Below the pieces are notes generated by a model, which saw nothing but the letters and a program-made list of their open reading frames with translations, was not told the DNA's origin and searched no databases. From a virus (taxonomy: Duplodnaviria > Heunggongvirae > Uroviricota > Caudoviricetes), in the IMG/VR virus record IMGVR_UViG_3300042923_000186, positions 1 to 64,000 of that record: a stretch of DNA of 64,000 nt, one strand, 5' to 3'. Below, in pieces: positions 8,836 through 19,123 of the stretch (the first letter of the stretch is position 1; each line of letters opens with the position of its first letter). The position numbers were made by a program, and so were the translations under genes.

Positions 8836-9216
8836 ATGAAACCAGACCGGGAAGTGGCTAGGCAGTTTAGTGATATCGTTGGTAAAACTTTTGACCGGGT
8901 GTATCAGAGCGAGGTTTTCGGAAACGACGCAATCATTTTCGAGACGGAAGACTGTCGGAGATTCGGACTGTACCATCGGCAAGATTGCTGTGAAAATGTA
9001 AGTATCGAATCTATCGTAGGAGACTTGGAAGACCTCCAAGGTACGCCGATTCTACTGGCAGAAGAGGCATGTAACGAAGACCCGAATGCCAACGAGAGTG
9101 CTACTTGGACGTTTTACAAGCTAGCTACTATTCATGGCTACGTTGATATCCGATTCTACGGCGAGAGCAACGGCTACTACAGCGAAAGTGTTGACTTTTT
9201 CCAGATGTACAACTAA
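8836..9216 (+). CDS. hypothetical protein
   Basis: RBS aaggagtaaat before the ATG. Confidence 0.5.
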   Translation: MKPDREVARQFSDIVGKTFDRVYQSEVFGNDAIIFETEDCRRFGLYHRQDCCENVSIESIVGDLEDLQGTPILLAEEACNEDPNANESATWTFYKLATIHGYVDIRFYGESNGYYSESVDFFQMYN

Positions 9217-9225
9217 GGAGGGAAC

Positions 9226-9384
9226 ATGCCAATCTTTGAAGAAACAATCACTATTTCCAAGACGGAATACGACCGGCTGAACGACCGTGACCTGAAGCTT
9301 TCGTATCTCGAAGCCGGGGGCGTAGACAATTGGGAATGGTACAGCGAATCGCTCCGTGAATACTGGGCAGAGGAGGACGAATGA
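9226..9384 (+). CDS. small hypothetical protein (52 aa)
   Basis: Not in the ORF track. Strong RBS aactaaggagggaac before ATG. Stop overlaps the ThyX start (ATGA). Confidence 0.4.
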   Translation: MPIFEETITISKTEYDRLNDRDLKLSYLEAGGVDNWEWYSESLREYWAEEDE

Positions 9385-10385
9385 TCACGATTACCGGTAA
9401 GAACGGTATCAAGGCCACGATCCTTGCCGACAGCATCAACAAGCAGGGCAACCGATTTACGACGATGGAGATTGAGTATCCGCGTCTGGTGCTGGCCGAA
9501 CTGAACACGCACCGGATGATGTCGAAGAACAGCTTCAGCAGCCGTGCTGTGCCGTTTGCGAAGATGCTGGAGCAACTGACGGGAGAGCCTGTACGCTTCG
9601 GTGCGAACCAAGGTGGCATGCAGGACAAGGGCGAAGACTATGACGAGGTTATTGACATCGGGCCGTCTATGGGTCTGTCGCGTCCCTTCACAGCTCTGCC
9701 AAAAACAGCGTGGGCGCATGCCAAGGAAATTGCCATCTCCATCGCCAGTGCGTTTTTCAAGGCTGGCTACCACAAGCAAGTGTACAACCGCCTGCTGGAG
9801 CCGTATCAGATGATGAAGACTGTCATCTCAGCCACGGAGTGGGATAACTTCTTCTGGCTGCGAGACGACGATGCTGCGGACCCTACGTTGCGTGAACTGG
9901 CTCGTGTGATGCGAGAAGCACGCGAAGCAAGTAAGCCGGAGATGCTGAAGACGGGCGAGTGGCACTTGCCCTATATCGACGTGTGGCGGGACAAGGACGG
10001 GAATCGCTGTCATGGCATTGACGCTGAAGCGGAAATTCACGTAACGCTGGAGCAGGCCATCAAAGTGTCGTGCGCTCGCTGTGCAGCAGTGAGCTACCGG
10101 AACGAAGGCTACGGGCTGGAGAAGAGCATCGAAGTGTACGACCGTCTGGTGGGCAGCGATAAGAAGCATGCATCGGCATTCGAGCACTGCGCCACGCCTG
10201 TCCGCGAATACGGCTTCTATGATGGTGTATTTGGTAAGTATGAAAGCAACAAAGCGTTCGTCCCGTTCACATGGGAAGAGGGCATCACGCACGTTGACCG
10301 TCAAGGCAACCTGTGGTCGGGGAACCTGAAAGGGTTCATTCAATATCGAAAACTTATTCCGGGAGAGAACTGTGAAACTGAGTGA
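9381..10385 (+). CDS. thyX: flavin-dependent thymidylate synthase ThyX
   Basis: ThyX signature NTHRMMSKNSFSSRA (RHR-x7-S). Confidence 0.8.
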   Translation: MITITGKNGIKATILADSINKQGNRFTTMEIEYPRLVLAELNTHRMMSKNSFSSRAVPFAKMLEQLTGEPVRFGANQGGMQDKGEDYDEVIDIGPSMGLSRPFTALPKTAWAHAKEIAISIASAFFKAGYHKQVYNRLLEPYQMMKTVISATEWDNFFWLRDDDAADPTLRELARVMREAREASKPEMLKTGEWHLPYIDVWRDKDGNRCHGIDAEAEIHVTLEQAIKVSCARCAAVSYRNEGYGLEKSIEVYDRLVGSDKKHASAFEHCATPVREYGFYDGVFGKYESNKAFVPFTWEEGITHVDRQGNLWSGNLKGFIQYRKLIPGENCETE

Positions 10386-10569
10386 AAAGAAGAAAGCATG
10401 GCTACTAATGCTGGGACCGGCTACGGTGCTGTATCTGTCGTTGCTAGCCGTGGTGCCTAAGTTCGTCATCGGGCTTACGGTGATTATCTTGGCTATTGTT
10501 ACTGTGTTTGCAGTAGCTATCTGCTTTGCGGAAGGTATGGACCGACTCAAGCGTCTGAACAGGAAATGA
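10372..10569 (+). CDS. small membrane protein
   Basis: Two hydrophobic helices; overlaps upstream gene. Confidence 0.4.
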   Translation: MKLSEKKKAWLLMLGPATVLYLSLLAVVPKFVIGLTVIILAIVTVFAVAICFAEGMDRLKRLNRK

Positions 10570-10949
10570 AGACACTAGCTTACATGCTGCATCACGCGTT
10601 GGTGACAGCTACTCAGCCGGGAGCACAGGTGTGCTTCCTTGAGCACTCTCATTTTCTAACCGTTGAAGCGTTTCACAAGCTGGCTAACGCTGGATCGAAG
10701 ATGGGCTTCACAGTGGACAGCCAAAGGCGGCTGTTGCGGCATGAGAATGGTGGCTATCTGATGGTTCGATGGGCGACCGCAGATACGGTGTGGGAGATGG
10801 CAGGATGCCAATTCACCCATGTCTACACGCGGAACGAGTATGGCAAGGTGAACTCTTTTATCGAAAGCCGTATCCGCTCGCGTCTCAAGTTCGAGGTACC
10901 TATGGGACTGTACACGCCGTACTACGCACAACTGAAGCAAGACTACTAG
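10566..10949 (+). CDS. hypothetical protein
   Basis: Translationally coupled to upstream gene. Confidence 0.5.
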   Translation: MKTLAYMLHHALVTATQPGAQVCFLEHSHFLTVEAFHKLANAGSKMGFTVDSQRRLLRHENGGYLMVRWATADTVWEMAGCQFTHVYTRNEYGKVNSFIESRIRSRLKFEVPMGLYTPYYAQLKQDY

Positions 10950-10956
10950 GAGGTTT

Positions 10957-12750
10957 ATGACAGGGGAAGAGCTAGCCAATAAATACGGCATCGATCTAGG
11001 GCGGGAAGGCAAGTGCCCCTGTCCTCGGTGCCGACGTAAGGGAGGGGATAACTCAGGTAACAACCTCCACGTTTATGCAAACACACGGTCGGCTTATTGC
11101 CATGCCTGCCAATTTACCATCGCCAGCGCAGAGCACCGGGCGAAGATGGGATGGGACGATGAAGAGGAAGATGAGGATGAAGTGAGTACACGAGAGCCAA
11201 TTACTGATGAAGAGAACGCCCGGATTAAGTCATACACCGGGATTAAAAGCAAGGGATGGAGGGGCATCGCTGACGAGACAAATAAAGTCGCTGGTGTCCG
11301 CTACACGTACGACGATGAAACAGGCCAACCAGACGCCCAATACGTGCCCTGTACCATCAAGGGCAAGCTGTCCGGGTACAAGGTGCGGAAGTTCCCTAAA
11401 GACTTCAGCAGCCCTGTAGGCGTCACCGGTAAGGACTGTGATCTGATCGGCCAGTTCCGTCACAAGAACGGCGGCAAAGTCTGCCTGATCGTCGGTGGAG
11501 AGGTAGATTATCTGTCGGCAGATCAAATGCTGTGGGACTACCAGAAGAGCCGAGGACATGATGATTATCCACGGGTGGCTGTGGTGTCTCCGTCAACGGG
11601 TGAGAGTGGCTCTGTGAAGCAGATTCAGGCTCAGTACGAGTTCTTCAATTCGTTCGAGAAGATCATCATCGGTCTGGACAACGATGCTGCGGGTAAGAAG
11701 GCTACTGCGGCCTATGCTGCCGTGCTGCCGAAGGGCAAAGTGCACGTGGCGGCGTGGAGCAAGAAAGACCCGAACGAGATGCTTCAGGCTGGCTTGGAGA
11801 AATCCTTTATCAACGATTACTACCGGGCGAAGCCGTACACGCCAGACGGTATCGTAGGTAGCGGCGGTCTCCGTGAGAAGATCATTGAGCAAGCTATGAT
11901 TCCGAAGATTCCGCTGCCTCCGTTCATGCACCGGGTACAGAAGTTAATGGCTGGCGGTATTCCGCTTGGAGTTATTGTCAACCTAGCTTCCGCATCTGGT
12001 ACGGGCAAGTCAACGATCATTGACGAGTGTACGTATTACTGGATTTTCCATAGTCCGCACCGTATCGGCGTGATTACGATGGAAAGTGATTCCGGGCAGT
12101 ATGGCACGAAGCTGCTATCAAGGCACGTAGGACGCAAGATTGACCTGATCGAAGATGTAGGAGAGAAGGTAGCGTACCTAAATAGCCCTGAAGTGGTGGC
12201 CGCATCCGAAGAGCTATTCAAGATGCCGGATGGCTCGGATCGTTGGCACTTGATCGAAGACCGAGACGGCGGCTTGGAATCGTTGAAGGAACTCATCCTG
12301 CAACTGATTATCCAGTGCGATTGCAAGGTGATCATCATCGACCCTGTGCAGGACATGCTGGAGGGCTTGAACAACGAGGAACAGGCGAAGTTCTGTTCGT
12401 GGATGAAGGGCATCATCAAGCAGTATATGGTGACGTTCGTCAATGTCAGCCACGTTCGTAAGAGCGGCAGCGGCCAGAAGGCTAACTCCACTGGTGCAGA
12501 CATGCACGAAGAGGATATCCACGGCTCGTCTAGCCTGATCAAATCGGCAGCGTGCAATCTGCTGTTCAGCCGTAACAAGGAAGCCGAAGATGAGGTAGAG
12601 AAGAACACTACCTTTATGAAGGCTACCAAGATTCGTTGGACAGGTAACACGGGCGTGGCCGGGGAGTATTACTACTGCAAAGAGACGCACACCATGCATG
12701 ACAAGCAAGACTGGCTGTCGAAGGCTGGTACGAAGATGGGCGATTTCTAA
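10957..12750 (+). CDS. T7 gp4-like DNA primase-helicase
   Basis: N-terminal zinc ribbon CPCPRC...CHAC. TOPRIM-like LIVGGEVDY. Walker A SGTGKST and DnaB-like C-terminus. Confidence 0.85.
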   Translation: MTGEELANKYGIDLGREGKCPCPRCRRKGGDNSGNNLHVYANTRSAYCHACQFTIASAEHRAKMGWDDEEEDEDEVSTREPITDEENARIKSYTGIKSKGWRGIADETNKVAGVRYTYDDETGQPDAQYVPCTIKGKLSGYKVRKFPKDFSSPVGVTGKDCDLIGQFRHKNGGKVCLIVGGEVDYLSADQMLWDYQKSRGHDDYPRVAVVSPSTGESGSVKQIQAQYEFFNSFEKIIIGLDNDAAGKKATAAYAAVLPKGKVHVAAWSKKDPNEMLQAGLEKSFINDYYRAKPYTPDGIVGSGGLREKIIEQAMIPKIPLPPFMHRVQKLMAGGIPLGVIVNLASASGTGKSTIIDECTYYWIFHSPHRIGVITMESDSGQYGTKLLSRHVGRKIDLIEDVGEKVAYLNSPEVVAASEELFKMPDGSDRWHLIEDRDGGLESLKELILQLIIQCDCKVIIIDPVQDMLEGLNNEEQAKFCSWMKGIIKQYMVTFVNVSHVRKSGSGQKANSTGADMHEEDIHGSSSLIKSAACNLLFSRNKEAEDEVEKNTTFMKATKIRWTGNTGVAGEYYYCKETHTMHDKQDWLSKAGTKMGDF

Positions 12751-12752
12751 GT

Positions 12753-12781
12753 TTGACATAGGTAGCTAGTTAGTGTAAGCT
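12753..12781 (+). promoter_or_regulatory. sigma70-like promoter P5 (TTGACA-17-TAAGCT)
   Basis: Spacer taggtagctagttagtg. Confidence 0.45.
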
Positions 12782-12834
12782 GCTAGCTACGTAACTAACC
12801 AGAGGCCACGGCTTCAATCTAAAGGAGAAACTAA

Positions 12835-14067
12835 TTGGCAAAACTGACAGATACATTCAAGAATACCTACTTTCGCGTACATACCGAGTCTGAATCGCTT
12901 CGGGTTCAGCGGCTCCTGTTTTCGCTGGGGTACATGTGGTTCTTCAAGGTAGCAGGGGAGGAACGGACGCCTATTTTGTCTCTACGAGACGGAACGATTT
13001 ACGTAGATGAGAACTGCCGTATGAGGTGTACTGACGGCTTCGTTATCTGCGGCAACAACAGCCAAGGTTCGATTGTCAAGCTGCTAGAGGTAGCGGACCA
13101 GTGGAAGAAAGAGAAGACCAAGAAGCGTCGTGAGTCGCGTAGGCGTGCCAAGCTGCGTAAGCAAGGCTGGATTCTTAACACGGGAACGGAGCCGGGAGTG
13201 CACGGTAAGGTTGACATCCTGTTCTTTGACGGCACAACCTATACCGCCACTGATTATCACTGGGCGTGGAACATTAAAAGCCGCCGAGGCAAGGAAATTC
13301 AGGCATACCGCCCTGTCAAGGAAGAGGGCAAGGTAATCTCGCTGGAGGCCATGACGAAAGCTGTTGCTAACGACCTCGGCAAAGAGGTGATGCGCGTTCC
13401 TGAAGCTAATGGATGGATTGAACATCGTCCGGGTATCGATCCAGCGCCATCCGATGCATACGAAGTGAAGCTGCGAGACGGAGACATCAGGCTAGCAGAC
13501 CAAATACTCACGTTCGGCTCCGATCACAACAGCATTTCGATCCAATATGATCGTCAAGTTGTCGCCTACAGACGGGCAGTTGACCACAACGTTAAGGTGG
13601 AGCCTGCTGGTGGCTTCGTAGAGGTGCCGGAGCCACAGCCAGACACTAACCCTAAGAAGCAGTACGGGTTGGCGTCGATTCCGCTGCACATGTGGAGCCC
13701 TTTGGCGTCCGCTTACGGTGCTCTGGGCCTGTACAACGGTTCGCTGAAGTATGGTTCAGCCAACTTCGCAAATACGCCTGTGGAGGCATCTATCTACATC
13801 GCGGCTGCACAGCGTCACTTGGCTGCATGGGCATCGGGCGAAGAGTTTGATCCGGCAGACGGCGTTCCGAATCTGGGCGGTGTGCTAGCTAACGTAGCTA
13901 TCCTGTTGGAAGCACGAGCGGCAGGTACGTTGATTGATGACCGCCTTAGCATGGCTGGCTACCTGAAGGAGCGTGACACCCTGAAGGACATCGTGAAGAA
14001 GCTGCAAGAGGTTCACGCCGGTAAGAATCCGCGTCACTATACAATCGCAGATAAGAAGGAGGGCTAA
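12835..14067 (+). CDS. hypothetical protein (410 aa)
   Basis: RBS aaaggagaaactaa; no confident motif. Confidence 0.5.
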   Translation: MAKLTDTFKNTYFRVHTESESLRVQRLLFSLGYMWFFKVAGEERTPILSLRDGTIYVDENCRMRCTDGFVICGNNSQGSIVKLLEVADQWKKEKTKKRRESRRRAKLRKQGWILNTGTEPGVHGKVDILFFDGTTYTATDYHWAWNIKSRRGKEIQAYRPVKEEGKVISLEAMTKAVANDLGKEVMRVPEANGWIEHRPGIDPAPSDAYEVKLRDGDIRLADQILTFGSDHNSISIQYDRQVVAYRRAVDHNVKVEPAGGFVEVPEPQPDTNPKKQYGLASIPLHMWSPLASAYGALGLYNGSLKYGSANFANTPVEASIYIAAAQRHLAAWASGEEFDPADGVPNLGGVLANVAILLEARAAGTLIDDRLSMAGYLKERDTLKDIVKKLQEVHAGKNPRHYTIADKKEG

Positions 14068-14240
14068 TGCCGATTACTTTTGAAACGCAAGAAGACTTCA
14101 TGGATGCAGTTATGGACGTTCTCTACGCACGACTGTCCGTATCAGTGCGTGCAAGGAAGGTGTGTGATGACGACGTTAAAGTAGAGGTAAGCCTGAACGA
14201 CGGCATGCGAGAAATCTCATCAGAATCGGACTGCACATGA
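14067..14240 (+). CDS. small hypothetical protein (57 aa)
   Basis: Not in the ORF track. RBS aagaaggaggg. Overlaps the stop of the upstream gene (TAATG) and the start of the downstream gene (ATGA). Confidence 0.4.
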   Translation: MPITFETQEDFMDAVMDVLYARLSVSVRARKVCDDDVKVEVSLNDGMREISSESDCT

Positions 14241-14770
14241 AGGAAGGTATCCTTCTTCTATCAGGGAAGGTGTACAGCTACGACGATCCACTAAGCAATG
14301 TCATCACCATTGAAGACATTGCCATTGGACTGAGCAAGATTTGCCGCTATCTAGGGCAAGTTCCGTACATGTACACCGTAGCCCAGCACAGCGTCTACGT
14401 TAGCTATGCTATCGAACCGGAATACGCGTTGGAAGGCTTGCTACATGACGCAACTGAGGCGGTACTGGGCGACTGTCCAACGCCGTTGAAAGCGAAGCTA
14501 CCCGACTACAAACGGATGGAGCGACTTCACGAGTCGTACATGATGTCCCGCTTCGGGCTGGACTATCCTATGCGTCCCGAGGTGCATGTAGCTGACAAGG
14601 CTGTGTTCGCTGCGGAGATTCGTGACCTTCGCCCGGATGACTGGGATCACTACGACTTGAGCGGCATCGAGCCGTTTGAGATGGAAATTGAGCCGTGGCC
14701 TTGCTGGGTTGCACGGGAAATGTTTTTGCAACGATACCAAGACCTGATGGCCTTGCGTGTCATAAATTGA
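14237..14770 (+). CDS. HD-domain phosphohydrolase (YfbR-like 5'-deoxynucleotidase)
   Basis: Metal-binding residues H..H..LLHDATE. Confidence 0.6.
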   Translation: MKEGILLLSGKVYSYDDPLSNVITIEDIAIGLSKICRYLGQVPYMYTVAQHSVYVSYAIEPEYALEGLLHDATEAVLGDCPTPLKAKLPDYKRMERLHESYMMSRFGLDYPMRPEVHVADKAVFAAEIRDLRPDDWDHYDLSGIEPFEMEIEPWPCWVAREMFLQRYQDLMALRVIN

Positions 14771-14780
14771 AAGGGTAACT

Positions 14781-14891
14781 ATGCTTACTATCGCAGTAAT
14801 TTTCTTGGCAATCTCGCTCTTCTGCGACGACTACAAGGGCGCAGCATTATGGGCGTTCTGTGGTGGCGTGATAGCAGTACTAGCTAACTAA
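14781..14891 (+). CDS. small membrane protein (36 aa)
   Basis: Single hydrophobic helix; weak RBS aaggg. Confidence 0.25.
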   Translation: MLTIAVIFLAISLFCDDYKGAALWAFCGGVIAVLAN

Positions 14892-14896
14892 CTAGC

Positions 14897-14925
14897 TTGA
14901 CAGGCCCATCATGCTCCGGTATGAT
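14897..14925 (+). promoter_or_regulatory. sigma70-like promoter P6 (TTGACA-17-TATGAT) embedded in a terminator hairpin
   Basis: The -10 hexamer lies within the 3' arm of the hairpin. Confidence 0.5.
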
Positions 14926-14935
14926 GGGCTTTTTC
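14905..14935 (+). terminator. rho-independent terminator
   Basis: Hairpin cccatcat-gctccggt-atgatggg followed by cTTTTTc. Near-identical copy at 32040-32070 with compensatory changes. Confidence 0.7.
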
Positions 14936-14969
14936 GTTAGGGTGAAGCCTAACCACTACAAGGAGAAAT

Positions 14970-16565
14970 ATGAAGCCAACTAACCAACAAGAGTATTGCA
15001 TCGAACTCGCCAAGGCCGAAGCTATGTCGAAGATCGAGGCCGGAGCCGGTGCAGGCAAGACCTCCACCCTGAAGCTTATTTCGGAGAACATCCCGGCCCG
15101 TAGCCTGTATCTGGCCTTCAACAAAGTCACGGCTGTCGAAGCAGAGGAACGCTTCCCGGCCCACGTAATGTGCATGACAACGCACAGCTTGGCCTACCGT
15201 GCCTTCGGTATTGCCCTGCAATCGAAGCTGTCTCGGCCGAAGGGTGCGTACAAGAACGTAGCAGGCACGGGTAGCGAGATTGCCCGCTTCTACGGTATCA
15301 AGGATGTCTACGGATTCGCCCGTGACCGTGTAGCTACCGCAGCAGCTATTGGCCTGTTCGTCAAGCAAACTGTGGAGAACTTCCAGCAGTCGGCGGATAG
15401 CAAGGTAGCCATGAAGCACGTCCCGTTCAAAGGAACTGAGAAGCTGCGTGAAGAGGCTCCTAGCTCCATCTCCGCTATCCATCAGTACGCCGTTAAGCTG
15501 TGGGAGGATCGTATCAATCCGGGTAGTGAGGTACTGGCTACGCACGATACCTACCTGAAACTGTACCAACTTTCAAAGCCTCGCCTGAGCTACGAAGTGC
15601 TGTACGTAGATGAATTCCAAGACACGACGCCATGCGTGTTAGATATCGTTCTTAACCAGAAGGACACGGCCAAGATCATCATCGTTGGCGACCGCCGTCA
15701 GGCCATCTACGGCTGGCGTGGTGCTGTCAATGCGATGCAAATGGTGGACTGCAAAACGGCTCCGCTGAGCCAGAGCTTCCGCTATGGTCAAGGCATTGCT
15801 GACGTTGCTAGCGCTGTGCTGGATCACGACATGACTCTGACAGGCCGGAAGGATATCAACTGCACCGTCGGCTTTGACGTAGTGGACCGGACCAAGCCTC
15901 ACATGTACCTGTTCCGCACGAATACGCTTTTGTTGATCGAGGCTGTAGAAGCTTTAGGGCGAGGCGAGAAGATCAAGATCGAGATTGACGTTAAAGACTT
16001 CGTGAAGATGCTCCAATCGGCAGATGCCTTGTACCGAGGTGACATTAAGAATGTCAAGCACGAGGAAATCCTTCCGTACGCCACGTGGTATGACTTTATC
16101 GAAGAAATGGAGCAGTCGTCCGGTGGACCGTTAAAACGTGTAGTCGGGATCATCGAAGGCGGAACAGTAGACAAGTTCATCGCCACACTGGAAAGCTACG
16201 TAGCCCCTGCAAGTGCCATCGCCACGTACACCACAGCCCACAAGGCCAAGGGACGCGAGGAAGAGCAAGTGATGCTGGCTGACGACTTCGCTTCGCACTA
16301 TGACAAGGGCGAGTGGAAAGGGTTGTCCGAGGCAGAACAAAACCTGCTGTACGTGGCTGTGACCCGTGCTAAACGTGTGCTGGGCATCAACCGCTCCGTG
16401 TGGGAGGTGATGGACAAGTTCAAGATGCCGTTCGCCGGTCAATCTGGCTACATCTCTCCTGAGAAGGTGGCAGCCATGTACGACGACATTATTCGGCGTG
16501 AGATTAGGAGCATGGAGCGGGTAATCAGCCCTGACAATGAATACGCCCGGTACATAGATCAATAA
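14970..16565 (+). CDS. UvrD/PcrA-like SF1 DNA helicase
   Basis: Walker A GAGAGKTSTL. VDEFQDT (motif II DExx). VGDRRQAIYGWRG (motif III). Confidence 0.8.
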   Translation: MKPTNQQEYCIELAKAEAMSKIEAGAGAGKTSTLKLISENIPARSLYLAFNKVTAVEAEERFPAHVMCMTTHSLAYRAFGIALQSKLSRPKGAYKNVAGTGSEIARFYGIKDVYGFARDRVATAAAIGLFVKQTVENFQQSADSKVAMKHVPFKGTEKLREEAPSSISAIHQYAVKLWEDRINPGSEVLATHDTYLKLYQLSKPRLSYEVLYVDEFQDTTPCVLDIVLNQKDTAKIIIVGDRRQAIYGWRGAVNAMQMVDCKTAPLSQSFRYGQGIADVASAVLDHDMTLTGRKDINCTVGFDVVDRTKPHMYLFRTNTLLLIEAVEALGRGEKIKIEIDVKDFVKMLQSADALYRGDIKNVKHEEILPYATWYDFIEEMEQSSGGPLKRVVGIIEGGTVDKFIATLESYVAPASAIATYTTAHKAKGREEEQVMLADDFASHYDKGEWKGLSEAEQNLLYVAVTRAKRVLGINRSVWEVMDKFKMPFAGQSGYISPEKVAAMYDDIIRREIRSMERVISPDNEYARYIDQ

Positions 16566-16574
16566 GGAGACGAG

Positions 16575-19067
16575 ATGGGATTGAGACTAGTATTTGATAC
16601 TGAAACAAAAAACCTTATCAACTCTGACACAGTTGACTACAACGCCTCGCCCTACTGCCTCAAAGACCCTCAGTTCATGCACTGTGCCGGTTTCAAGGAG
16701 TATGGCACTGACCGGCGTTGGTTCTTCGGACCAGAGGATGTCTACAACGGCAAGCTGAAGAAGTTCCTGCTGGAAGAGGACATTGACGAGCTTATCGGCC
16801 ACAACATCATCTCGTTTGACTTGCTGGCGTTGAAGCTGACGCTGGGCATCGACTACAGCATCGGCTGCTCGAAACTGGGCATCCCTGACATGGTAGGCGG
16901 AAGGCCGATCAAGATCACGGATACGCTGGTGCTGTCGAAGACGCTGAACCCTGACCGGCCACAGCACAGCATCGAGTACCACGGTCGCATTCTGGGCCTT
17001 GAGAAGATCGACTGGCGAGGCAAGGCTATCGAGATTGGGCTGATTGCGGCTGACGCACCGAAGGGTGCGGAGTTCCGGCAATACCATGAAGAGATGGGCG
17101 TGTACATGGTGCGAGACATTGACGTGAATGAACGTGTCTACACGATGTTGATGCGGGAGTGGGGAGACTGGGACTGGACTAGCGCGTTTGAACTGGAACA
17201 GGCCGTAGCCGAAATTATCACTCGGCAGGAGCATCGAGGGTTCAAGTTCGACCGGGAGAAGGCTGTAGAGAACGTCAAGTTCTTGGATGCGAAGATGGAA
17301 GAACTACGGCAGCTTGTTGAGCCGTTGATTCCGCCCAAGCCACTGACGAAGACGGCCCTGAACGACTACACGCCAGTGGAAAAGCAGTTCAAGAAGAACG
17401 GCGAGCCGACGACGCACATCCTCAACTTTGCCAAGAAGCACGGCGGAGAATTCGTAGAGGTGAACGGGGTATGGCAAGCTGTTCTGCATGGAAAGCACTA
17501 CACACTACCTATGCCAGCAGAGCCGATCTTCACGCACATGCCTGCAAAGCTGGACGACACGCTCCACATTAAGGAGTGGCTTGTCACGCTAGGATGGCAG
17601 CCTACGCAGTACAAGGAACGTGACCTGACCGTGGACAGCAAGAAGAAGAAGCTGACGCGAGAGAAGTTCGAAGTAGCGGTGGAAAAGTGGGTTGAACAGA
17701 CCTTCGCTAGCCCGTTCAAGTACGACCGGCTGGACGAACTGCCAGAGGACATGCGTGTCACTCGCTTGACGAACAAAGAGCGTGTGATGTCGAAGATTCT
17801 GGGCATCGATCACATGAAGCGGGCAATCAAGGTGTACACGAACCCAACCCTGACAGTCGGCATGGAAAAGGAGATTGATCCTAAGCTTGTGGAGATGGAA
17901 GATAAGTTCAAGTACGCCCGTGAAATCTCGGACTACCTGACGTACAAGCATCGACGCAACAGCATCTTGGGTGGTGGCATTGACCCAGATGATGACGAGG
18001 ACATGCAGAAGGGCTGGATGGCCGTAGATCGTATTAACGAGGACGGGCGGATACCTACCCCTGCCGATACGTGCGGAGCCGCTACAAGCCGGTTTAAACA
18101 CCGTCTGGTGGCTAATATCCCACGGGTCACGTCCAAGTACGGGAAAGAGATGCGAGCACTGTTCGGTGTGGACGACGGCTTCGTGCAGCTTGGCTACGAC
18201 TTCGACTCTCTGGAGGCGAAAATCGAGTCGCACTACGTCTACCGCTATCCGGGTGGACCTGAGTATGGTGTGTCGCTGACGGCTGAGAAGCCAAACGACT
18301 GCCACTCTGTGCTTGCAAAGCAGATTACGGAGTTGCTGGGGCGTCCGTTCCCTCGTGGTACGGCTAAGAACGTCAAGTACGGCTGTTCGTACAATGCCCA
18401 GATTGCTAGGGTAGCTAAGACAGTCGGCTGTAGCATCGAAGAGGCTACCATCATTTTCAATGCGTTCTGGGACCAAGCCTATCCGCTGAAGCAGTTGAAG
18501 GAGAAGATGCAGGAATACTGGGAGTCCGTAGGCGGTAAGCGGTTCCTGAAAGGCATCGACGGTCGTAAGCTGCCTATCCGAAGCAAGGGTAACGTCATCA
18601 ACACGGCGTTCCAGAGCGCAGGTGTTATCTGTGCCAAGCGGGCTATGGTGCTGCATGACCGTATGCTTCGAGAGGAAGGGCTGTTGATTGACTTCTTCAA
18701 GGACGATTGGAAAGCGAAGGTAGCTGACCGGGAGAAATTCTGTCAGCAGCTTATTGCCTACCACGACGAAGCCCAGCTTGAGGTTACACGGGCTAGCGTG
18801 CAGTGGAAGGTGTTCAAGATCGAGGATGGCGAGGACAGGGAAGCAGCCGAGAAAGCTGCGGAGAAGGCCGCTAAAGCCTTTAAAGCGGAGCAAACGGACA
18901 AGGTGTGGAGTGATGTTGGTCACACGGACAAGGTGTACTACGTCGGCTACTGCCGCGCCGGGGAACTGGCTACTATGGCTGTCAAGCAGGCTGGCGAGTA
19001 CTACAAGTTGAACGTGGAGCTGACGGCTGGCTACATGCTTGGAACTAACTGGGCAACTTGCCACTAA
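16575..19067 (+). CDS. family A DNA polymerase with 3'-5' exonuclease domain
   Basis: Exo I FDTET. Polymerase motif A-like YDFDSLEAKI. Motif C YHDEAQLE. Confidence 0.9.
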   Translation: MGLRLVFDTETKNLINSDTVDYNASPYCLKDPQFMHCAGFKEYGTDRRWFFGPEDVYNGKLKKFLLEEDIDELIGHNIISFDLLALKLTLGIDYSIGCSKLGIPDMVGGRPIKITDTLVLSKTLNPDRPQHSIEYHGRILGLEKIDWRGKAIEIGLIAADAPKGAEFRQYHEEMGVYMVRDIDVNERVYTMLMREWGDWDWTSAFELEQAVAEIITRQEHRGFKFDREKAVENVKFLDAKMEELRQLVEPLIPPKPLTKTALNDYTPVEKQFKKNGEPTTHILNFAKKHGGEFVEVNGVWQAVLHGKHYTLPMPAEPIFTHMPAKLDDTLHIKEWLVTLGWQPTQYKERDLTVDSKKKKLTREKFEVAVEKWVEQTFASPFKYDRLDELPEDMRVTRLTNKERVMSKILGIDHMKRAIKVYTNPTLTVGMEKEIDPKLVEMEDKFKYAREISDYLTYKHRRNSILGGGIDPDDDEDMQKGWMAVDRINEDGRIPTPADTCGAATSRFKHRLVANIPRVTSKYGKEMRALFGVDDGFVQLGYDFDSLEAKIESHYVYRYPGGPEYGVSLTAEKPNDCHSVLAKQITELLGRPFPRGTAKNVKYGCSYNAQIARVAKTVGCSIEEATIIFNAFWDQAYPLKQLKEKMQEYWESVGGKRFLKGIDGRKLPIRSKGNVINTAFQSAGVICAKRAMVLHDRMLREEGLLIDFFKDDWKAKVADREKFCQQLIAYHDEAQLEVTRASVQWKVFKIEDGEDREAAEKAAEKAAKAFKAEQTDKVWSDVGHTDKVYYVGYCRAGELATMAVKQAGEYYKLNVELTAGYMLGTNWATCH

Positions 19068-19123
19068 TGTAACAATAGTTACGCTATCTATTTAGGTGGC
19101 GTTAGCTAACTAAAGGAGGTATA

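Noticed and set aside
17589-19064. 491-aa ORF antisense to the DNA polymerase gene
   Set aside because: It overlaps a high-confidence conserved gene on the opposite strand. It has no RBS and low-complexity Leu/Arg/Val-rich composition typical of antisense frames in moderately GC-rich DNA.
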